Origin: Octopus vulgaris
Lineage: Eukaryota
Length of the DNA: 64,000 nt
Reading direction: 5' to 3'
Assembly: GCA_951406725.2 (NCBI GenBank)
Contig: OX597819.1
Span: forward strand, 116,684,001 to 116,748,000
Made by a program: the position numbers and the translations under genes. Below, one piece after another: positions 54,462 to 64,000 of this stretch. Numbering within the stretch: the stretch's first letter is position 1; every line of letters starts with the position of its first letter. The notes under the pieces are model-generated. The model worked only from the letters and a program-made list of their open reading frames with translations. It had not been told where the DNA came from and did not search any database.

Positions 54462-55360
54462 AAAATACAAAAAATAGAAAAAATAGACATGTGCCATAGC
54501 TACCATGTGAAATTGGTTGCATGATATTTCGGCATCTAGCGTACCATTTACAGGTTCAAAATTTTTACAGAACAGTCTACTTCATTTTTTATTAAGGTAA
54601 GGTTGTATAGGGCTGAGGTATAACCTCCAGAAGTTATACAAAAAAAAATAGAAGAGTGCCATTTTATTATTATTATTATTATTATTATGAAAATTGGTTA
54701 CTCTCCCACCTTTAGTATAAAATATCATTCTATGTAAAGGAAGTGGTATTAATTTTTGGTATTATTTTATGTAGGAAGAATTGAGAGATTTTTTTTATAA
54801 TTATCTACCAGAAATCAAAACATTATTCCTTAATACTGTCGGCCATTCCATCAATAATGTTGCATTATTTAACCTATTAAAATACAAGCTATTTACTCTG
54901 AATAATTGTAATTTGGGTGGCGTTGTTAAGCGACACTTTTATGGAGCAATAAAGAAGGAAATAGTCCACCTAGAGATGAAGATAGAAGAGTTATATTTCA
55001 GATTTTCATATAAATACCATTCATTTGAATCATGTGTTATTTGAATTGGCAGTTAAAAATATGTCAGTTCAAAGAGTATTCTACATTATTTTGGATATTG
55101 AGGGTAAATTAATGCAGTGTTAAATGCAACAGCTCGCGATTTATTAGGTATTTTTTTCAGAAACGTTATTAACGTTTTCAGTAGAATATTGGCGAGTGGA
55201 GATTAAGCATGAAGATACTTGACCTAGTGACAGTTCTCACTAAAGAGACTTTAGTTCAAATACATTATTAATCGGAATGGAAACACGAGCAACAAAATTA
55301 TCGGGCAAGCCTAAAAACTTACGTGCCACTTTGTTAGTATTTTTTTGTTTTCTTTTCTAT

Positions 55361-55544
55361 TTCTTTTACTAGTTTCAGTTATTTGACTACGGCCATGCTG
55401 GAGCACCGCCTTTGGTCGAAAAAATCGCCCCAAGACCTTATTCTTTGTAAGCCTAGTATTTACTCTATCGGTTTCTTTGCCGAACCACTAGATTACGGGA
55501 ACGTAAACAAACTAGCATCGGTTGCCAAGCGAGGTCGGGGACAA

Positions 55545-55629
<85 letters not shown>

Positions 55630-55795
55630 TATATATACGACGGGCTTCTTTCAGTTCCCGTCTAACAAATCCACTCACAACGATTTGGCCGGCCCGAGGC
55701 TTTGGTAGAGGACACGTGCGCAAAGTTCCACGCAGTGAGACTGAAGCCGGATCGATGTGATTGGTAATCAAGCTACTTGCCACACAACCACTCCT
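55361..55795 (-). mobile_element. SINE family A
   Basis: Reverse-complement homology to intact copies. Confidence 0.88.
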
Positions 55796-55941
55796 TTGCA
55801 TTCGAGTATTAATACTCCTACCAGTACTCCTATGAGTATTATTCAATAATCACTGAAAATATGTAGAATATATTTGGAAAAAATAATAATAATAATGATA
55901 ATAATAATAATAATAATGATAATAATAATAATAATAATATT

Positions 55942-55995
<54 letters not shown>

Positions 55996-56214
55996 ATGTG
56001 TGTGTATGTATGTATATATGTGTTTTTTATATAGGTATATATACTATCAATAGATCGTGTTTTACCAGTGTGTAAGTGTTGTTTTAACTCTTACTTTCAG
56101 CAATGCTGGTGCTGACTTGCATCACCAGTCATTTTAATGATGATTGTACCTGTGCCTTGGGGACTTAAATCACGACTAACCACTTTAATAATTTATATTA
56201 TATACACGTACATA

Positions 56215-56290
<76 letters not shown>

Positions 56291-56352
56291 CAGTCACCAT
56301 GATAGATCGTTAGCCGCTACCACATTTTTTTTTCTCTCCTTGTTTTTTCTGT

Positions 56353-56393
56353 GTCCCTTCTGTAGAAGAGCGTAGGCTCGAAACGTAAAGGAT
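56353..56393 (+). ncRNA. Minimal type I hammerhead-like motif in a 180-bp (TA)n-flanked insert (56291-56470)
   Basis: CCTT-CTGTAGA-A-GAGC-gtag-GCTC-GAA-ACGT-A-AAGG: 4-bp stem II, palindromic stem III ACGT, A6U core change. Confidence 0.6.
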
Positions 56394-56479
56394 TTATATA
56401 TTCCTGAGCATTATACTAATACATCTGTTTGTTTTGTACACCATCTGCCTTCGTCTTTTGTCTCTCCCTATATATATAC

Positions 56480-56551
<72 letters not shown>

Positions 56552-57057
56552 GTAACTAGTGTGTATTTAAATGTGGGTGTATATGTATTTATATGTATAT
56601 TGTTAGTCATATGTCACTTTGCGTTGGGGTGTGATGTGAAGCACAAACCATAGTCAAAAGTGATATGATGCAATTTCTATCGCCATTGGCTCATGCAGCA
56701 GTCGATATGTGCAGGCTTGCACGTGTGTGTGCATGTGATGGAGAAGGCATGGACGTATGCTTTATTCGTTGAAGTTCATGCATTCCTTTCTTCTATTGAA
56801 TAAATATTTTCTGCTCTTTTAAGAATAAGATACGTAATGAATTATTCATCGATATCTCTACATAGTCAGCCAAACTGCCAGTTACGTCTAGACATCAATT
56901 GTTACATTCTATCCTAGATGGTCATAATATATATACACATCGCTACAAACATTCATACATATGTACTGTAGAGCAGAAACCTAACATCTTTGTATATATA
57001 TATATATATATACGTGCATATGTCTGTATATGCATCTATATACATATATATGCATAT

Positions 57058-57094
<37 letters not shown>

Positions 57095-57289
57095 TATACA
57101 CTGCATATATGCATGGAAATATATATATATATGTAACTATATGCATATGTTTGCGCGTGTGCGCGTGTGTTTCTTATATATATATATATATATATATATT
57201 TCTTATCAGGGGATAATGCACTTAACATAAAGTGTAGCTCTTTACACAATGGCAATAGAATATATTATCAGAGAACTAGAACTTAACTA

Positions 57290-57366
<77 letters not shown>

Positions 57367-57722
57367 AATAAAATGGCTAGAAACATTAGCTTGAAATGAA
57401 AAAAAGCGATACACTACAGAAAGAAAGAAATTCTCAGCTTTCCAGATGGAATGTAATCTATGAAATAATTCAATTTTAAAATGAAAATATTTGAAATTAT
57501 AATGAAATGCTGCATCATTCAACGGAATCAATCGACTGGAACTATTGCTTTATATTGCTGCATCGTTTTCGTTGATAAACTAAGAATGGTTTGCTTTATC
57601 TTGCGCAGACGTAAGTGATGAAATGTGTGGCGAAGATTTCAATTTAAGTGTTTCAATCACATTGTTTAATTTATCGCTTCACTTCTTCAATCTCTGTCTA
57701 CCTTTGCCTATATACCTATATA

Positions 57723-57782
<60 letters not shown>

Positions 57783-58047
57783 CATATATACGCACATACA
57801 TAAATGCATACGTACACACACACATATTTATATATATATAGGAAGATACATTTATACATACATATGTATATATATATATATATACACAAATCTTATATAT
57901 GTATATCATATATATACTTATATGTGTGTATATGAATGAGTGTATATTCATATGTCAATATATGCCAACATATATATGTATATATACATGCATACATACA
58001 TACATATATATAAATCAATAAATAAACAAGTATACATATCTATATCT

Positions 58048-58103
<56 letters not shown>

Positions 58104-59159
58104 AAACTCTCTTCAGCGTATAGTGTAATAGTGTAATATTAGGGCATGTAAACAATCATAATGCGTATGAGTCGAACAGACGTCGCGTTTTTTTCTGTTT
58201 TCTGTTGTGGAGTTTTATATGCCCTAATATTATAGTTCTTTAATCAATATAGATGTGAATAAGTCGAAATAGATGTGAAATAGTTAAAATTTCCATTTGA
58301 ACTCCCAGAAATGCCCACATCACGGCAGGGGCTATGAATAAGAGTAGTTTCGTCTAAATTCTTTTTTCACCAAAAACAGTACCAGAGAGCGATCCCAAAA
58401 CACTGAAAGGTGTTGCTCCACCATGGCCTCAGCCTCTGGCTAAAATCAGAAACAGGAAAGAATAAAAGAATACTGTGAAAGATCATAATTCCATGCGCAA
58501 AACTCTATAGTTAATTCTACTGACAAAATTTACGCACACCACCATTTCATCAATCTCACAGAATTCGCACATATCCATATATATAGATGGACGGAGTACT
58601 CCTACACACAGACACACAGACACACACACACACACACACACACATAAAGGTAAACATAAATATGTAATTGGTAGCTACAGAGAAATGCATCATAGATGCA
58701 ATAGAATTTGTTTCATATATAATTTTAAAGTTAATAGTATTACTACCCTTATTAAAAATAACAATAATGAAGTGGCTAGGACGTTTAGCATAAATAGGCA
58801 AAATATACAAATAAATTAGGGTACCGATGTACCAGCATGCTAGAAATAGGAGGTCAACACTCCAAAAACCACAAATTGCTCACTACTGAGAAACGCGCAA
58901 ACCGAATACAACGAACATAATAAAAATGGGCCTCACCTTTGCATAAACCAAAAAGCACTTGATTTCACCTTTTGCGCGTTAGCACTTAAAGATCATCATA
59001 CAAAATTACTGTTTTCATCTATTTTTCAAAATATTAATTTCATTACACCGAGCACTTTTGCTCCCTTGAATGTCCCCGAGACATCAAAAATAAATATAAA
59101 ATGTATTAATGAAACCTAAAATTTAATAAAACGTTATCATCATAATTTTAAAAAAAATC

Positions 59160-59543
59160 AATAGTAAAAAAGTTCGTCGTGTGTTTAAACATATATTGTT
59201 ATATTTCGGAATGGTCATATTGCCAGTTTAGCCAATAAAAACACACGCACTATATATTTGGTGTTATTTTGCTTCAGTGTTATTTATTTTTTACATTAAT
59301 CTTAATCTTATTTCGGCCAGAGTTCTTTCGTCACACTCCTGTGACCGCATCAGTGGTCCTTTGTTTTCTTCTTTCTTATTTGTGTCTCTCCTTACTAACC
59401 GTCTGGCCGAAATAAGATTAAGATTAATGTAAAAAATAAATAACACTGAAGCAAAATTACACCAAATATATAGTGCGTGTGTTTTTATTGGCTAAACTGG
59501 CAATATGACCATTCCGAAATATAACAATAATAGTAAAAAAGTT
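59160..59543 (-). mobile_element. Fold-back PLE pseudo-LTR-like insertion with 15-bp TSD
   Basis: 128-bp arms 59194-59321 / 59402-59529 (one mismatch), 80-bp spacer, direct repeat AATAGTAAAAAAGTT at 59160-59174 and 59529-59543. Confidence 0.9.
59315..59359 (-). ncRNA. Minimal type I hammerhead-like motif (core CTGATGC)
   Basis: GGACCA-CTGATGC-G-GTCACA-ggag-TGTGAC-GAAA-GaaC-TC-TGGCC; perfect 6-bp stem II; A9C change. Confidence 0.65.
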
Positions 59544-59774
59544 TAACCTAAATAAGTGAAATATACAAATAAATACGGGTAGCAATATACCAGCTTACTA
59601 GAAATAGGAGTCAACCTTCCAATAGCATTCAACTATTTAGGAACAGCATTCATTTTATTTATACCACTTTATGAGGTCGAATTTCCTCTCACTCCTTTTA
59701 CTATTACCCTCTCCACTTCCTTCTCATACATCATCATTAGCTTCCTTTATATGTATATGTGTGCGTGTGTGATT

Positions 59775-60085
59775 GCGCGTGGCTTAGCGGTCAGGGTATT
59801 CGGCTCACGATCGTTAAGTCGTGAGTTCAGTTCCCGGCGACGCGTTGTGTCCTTCAACAAGACACTTTATTTCACGTTGCTCCATTCCACTCCGCTTGCA
59901 AAAATGAATAGTACCTGAATTTCAAATGACCAACCTTGTCACACTATGTGCCACGTTTAATCTCCCTCAGAACTACATTACTTATACACGTGTCTGTGGC
60001 GTGGTGAGCCCCTTGCACGTTACTTTCACGAGCAAGCTGTTCCGTTGGTCGTATCAGCTGTGATCCTCGTCGTCGTAACCGACGT
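59775..60085 (+). mobile_element. tRNA-derived SINE (family C body, third tail type)
   Basis: GCGCGTGGCTTAGCGGTCAGGG head, CAAGACACTTTATTTCACGTTGCTCC body, tail GCACGTT..CACGAGC..GCTGTTCCGTTG..CTCGTCGTCGTAACCGACG. Confidence 0.8.
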
Positions 60086-60152
60086 AATGCTCCTAGACAC
60101 ACACACACGCGCCCAAACACCCATACACACACACACATACCTTTATATCTAT

Positions 60153-60312
60153 AGGAGTGGGTGTGTGGTAAGTAGATTGCTAACCAACCACATGGTTCCG
60201 GGTTTAGTCCCACTGCGTGGAATCTTGGGCAAGTGTCTTCTGCAATAGCCCCGGGCCGACCAATGCCTTGTGAGTGGATTTGGTTGACGGAAACTGAAAG
60301 AAGCCTGTCGTA

Positions 60313-60375
<63 letters not shown>

Positions 60376-60611
60376 GTTTGTGTGTGTATGTATGTGTTTG
60401 TATGTCTGTGTCTGTGTTTGTCCCCCTAGCATTGCTTGACAACCGATGCTGGTGTGTTTACGTCCTCGTCACTTAGCGGTTCGGCAAAAGAGACCGATAG
60501 AATACGTACTGGGCTTACAAAGAATAAGTCCCGGGGTCGATTTGCTCGACTAAAGGCGGTGCTCCAGCATGGCCGCAGTCAATTAACTGAAACAAGTAAA
60601 AGAGTAAAAGA

Positions 60612-60613
<2 letters not shown>
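60153..60613 (+). mobile_element. SINE family A, full length
   Basis: Head, internal (TA)n and tail as in other copies. Confidence 0.92.
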
Positions 60614-60653
<40 letters not shown>

Positions 60654-61670
60654 GTAAACGTAAATATGTTATTGATAGCTGCACAGAAATGCATCATAGA
60701 TGTAATTGAATTTGTTTTATATTTTGTTTTGAATATTATATTAGAAAAACAACTTTGTTTTCCCTCAATCTGCCAACCGTTAATTTAATAAAAAACATTT
60801 AACATTATTTATTAACTCTTATAGTAATTTAATGTAAAACATTAAATGAACAAACATAGTTCGTTATACACTGGTTATTTTAAAATGAATAGGGATTCCC
60901 ACATTAAGAATACACTCATTTTCAATGTTTGTCTTTTATTAAGTTTCTACATCTTCTTTTGCATATATATGACGAAAAGCAATTACTTCGTGATGGATAC
61001 AGTTTCAGTAAGAACAAGTGTTGCACCATTTTAATACCTCTAATATTCGCTTGTAGTCAGACATTTTCCAGTTGGTCAGTCTCTATATGATTTGGGATAA
61101 TGCGGTGCGGTAAAATGGCCCGTTCTTTGTGGTTTACAATAGCAGATAAGTTTTCTCTTATAATTACTTCCTCCTGGCTGAATTTGAAGAGAAGTGGGCG
61201 GGGACTGGTCTGCCGTGACACTATCTGTAATACGTAGAGCAGTTAGAATAACAGAAGTAGGAGATTCACCAACAAACAGAGAGTGGAATTGCAGATACCG
61301 ATCGAGAGAGTCAGAGAGAGCGTGAGATAGAGAGAGAGGGAGAGAGATGAGTGAGAGAGAAAGGCTGGAGGGAGACAGACGGAGGGGAAGAGAGATGGAA
61401 GAGAGAGGGAGTGAAAGAGGGGGTGAGAGAGAGAGGGAAAGTGTGAGAAAGAGAGAAAAAAAGATAGATAGATAGATAGATAGATAGATGATAGAGACAG
61501 AGAGAGCAATTGAAAAGTAATTTTTTCATGGATATTGTATTGCTGAATGCAATTTTCACCAAAATGAAAATAGAACGTCAGATGATCAGTAAACATCAAA
61601 TATCAGCAACGGAATTAGATATGTATATCTATGTATACATATTAATGTGTACGTGTGTATATAGACATAT

Positions 61671-61809
<139 letters not shown>

Positions 61810-61939
61810 TTCATATATTTATATATACACACATACATATAGATAGATAGATGTGCATTATTGTATGCTTGCATACATACACATACATACCTACACACAT
61901 ACATACATACATACATACATGCATACATACGTACAATCA

Positions 61940-62270
61940 ACACCGTTATTTCTAACTGCGAGAGAATGTCTTCCAGACATTACCTTCCCATGAGGCGTGA
62001 TACGATTGCTGAATGATGTTGAACATTTTTAAACCGATGGCACAAAAGTATAGTGGTAGGGCTTGAAAAGTAAAACAGCCACCAAAAATCCGGCCAAATA
62101 TCGTTGTGTGTGACCACAAAGAAAACATATGATCTGTCCTGGAAATCAGCTGTGCCTGCAACACGAACGTAGTTAGAAAAATACGAGAGAAAGAATGAGT
62201 TTGCTAATCCAGTATCCAAGATACACTTTCAGCTTGGAACCTATTATTAATGAAGCACCATGTTACATAC
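61940..62270 (+). mobile_element. RLE-type (R4/Dong-like) LINE fragment adjacent to (CATA)n
   Basis: CERMSSRHYLPMRRDTIA, RPNIVVCDHKENI.SVLEISCACNTNVVRKIREKE, YPRYTFSLEPII. Confidence 0.75.
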
Positions 62271-62274
62271 ATTT

Positions 62275-62508
62275 AAGGCGACGAGCTGGCAGAAACGTTA
62301 GCACGCCGGGCGAAATGCTTAGCGGTATTTCGTCTGCGTTACGTTGTGAGTTCAAATTCCGCCGAGGTCGACTTTGCCTTTCATCCTTTCAGGGTCGATA
62401 AATTAAGTACCAGTTACGCACTGGGGTCGATGTAATCGACTTAATACCTATGTCTGTCCTTGTTTGTTCCCTCTGTGTTTAGCCCCTTGTGGGTAATAAA
62501 GAAACAGG
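62275..62508 (+). mobile_element. SINE family B monomer (tail type 2)
   Basis: Full head; tail TGTCTGTCCTTGTTTG..CCCCTTGTGGGTAATAAAGAAA. Confidence 0.88.
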
Positions 62509-62631
62509 TTATATACCAACCCGTCGGGTGCAAACAATGGCTGAACTTGGAATCTTGGGGATCCTTAATTCATACGCTACAAATGATCATGATATCTGGG
62601 ACTATAAATATGCACAAGACCTACTGAAGAA

Positions 62632-63035
62632 CTTTTCTACTCTAGGCATAAGGCCCGACATTTTGATGGAGGGGGCCGGTTGATTAGATCGACCCTGGTA
62701 CGAAACTGGTACTTAATTTATCGACCCCCGAAAGGATGAAAGACAAAGTCGACCTAGGCGGAATTTGAACTCTGAAAATAAATGCAGACGAAATACCTAT
62801 TTCTTCACTACCCACAACGAGCTAAACACAGAGGAGACAAACAAGGACAGACAAACGGATTAAGTCGATTAATTCAACCCCAGTGCATAACTGGTACTTC
62901 ATTTTTCGACCCCGAAAAGATGAAAGGCAAAGTGGAGTCGACTTCGGCGGAATTTGAACTCAGAACGTAACGACAGTCGAAACACCACCAAGCATCTCAC
63001 CCGGCGTGCTAACGTTTCTGCCAACTCGCTGCCTT
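62632..63035 (-). mobile_element. SINE family B heterodimer
   Basis: Same tail-2 then tail-1 order as 9541-9991; imperfect 13-bp direct repeats at 62618-62630 and 63036-63048. Confidence 0.85.
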
Positions 63036-64000
63036 GTCCTTCTGAAGATCTAAAATAATGACGGGTAAATCAAGATACCCTCCTTCACAACTTTGTTACA
63101 AAGTCGGTGACCATTTATTGAAAATTAAAAAGAGAAAGAAAAGACATAAATATAAATAACTATGACAACATTCAAGTCTATCATGGAGAAGGACGCAAAT
63201 GGGACATGTCCTCTTTAGAGGAGTAAATGTTGGAATAGCAGCGAAAGAACTAAGAAGAAGATAGGTAGGGCCAACTCAGGGTATAACAGGTAAAACTGCC
63301 AGAGTACTAAATACCTGCTCCTCCAGCTGCTAGTATTGAAAATTCACGTGATCTGATAGTTTCGAGAGCTTAGAAGACGCTTCTCCTCTGTCAACAATAT
63401 AAATACGAGTACTTTTATGCAGCACGAATCCATATCAAATGTCCTCTCAAAGTAAATAAATCAGTATAATCTGTTCTAACATAAATACCACAATAAGTTC
63501 GAGATAAAAACAATGATATTAGGCATGTACGTTTGAATGTATGGATGTATGTATATATGTATTTACGCACGTATGAATGTATATATGTATAGATGTATGT
63601 GTATATGTATGGATATATGTATGTGTGTCTGTAGTTAATTATGTATCAATGTACACACGAATGTATGAGTATGTGTAGGAATATATAAGACACAGAATCC
63701 TAGAAGCTGGCCTTATGAGCTTATGGCTCCGAAAGGATGCCTGCCGCATGCATTTATATGTGTGTAAGTTTGTGTTTGTGCGCGTGCGTGTTTGTGGACG
63801 TGTGTGTCTATATGTCTGTGTCTGCCTCTGAAGATGTTTCACAGCCAGTGTTGGTATGTTTACCTCTCTCTACATCAGTGATTCAGCAAAAGAGACCGAT
63901 ATAACATGTACCTGGCTGTGAAAACAATACAAACACAGGAATCGCTTCGCTTGACAAGGAGGTGCTCCAGCATGACCGCCGTCTAATATCACAAAAATAT

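Overview
AT-rich, microsatellite-saturated eukaryotic DNA. The repeat repertoire suggests a coleoid cephalopod such as Octopus; this is an inference from recalled SINE families and TTAGGG repeats, not a database result. I find no intact protein-coding gene, and almost all ORFs in the track are read-throughs of (TA)n/(CA)n/(CATA)n/(GAA)n. The window is a transposon graveyard: at least four tRNA-derived SINE types, two near full-length mariner copies in opposite orientation, other mariner/Tc1/pogo remnants, two non-autonomous Helitrons, 3' fragments of R4/Dong-like (RLE) and RTE LINEs, an L1/Tx1-type endonuclease fragment, and a decayed Penelope-like element (PLE; RT plus C-terminal GIY-YIG, Hydra-clade motifs). 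The most notable layer is a set of small fold-back or tandem inserts, several carrying minimal hammerhead-ribozyme motifs (22239-22299, 56353-56393, 59315-59359, 6419-6467). In one, the inversion point lies within 2 nt of the predicted self-cleavage site. Also notable are SINE heterodimers each flanked by a single TSD pair, a tRNA-Thr(TGT) fused to a SINE tail, a TIR element carrying telomeric repeats, a templated-insertion/inversion scar, and probable relic exons of an EGF-repeat membrane receptor. All calls were made by eye; boundaries of decayed elements are approximate.
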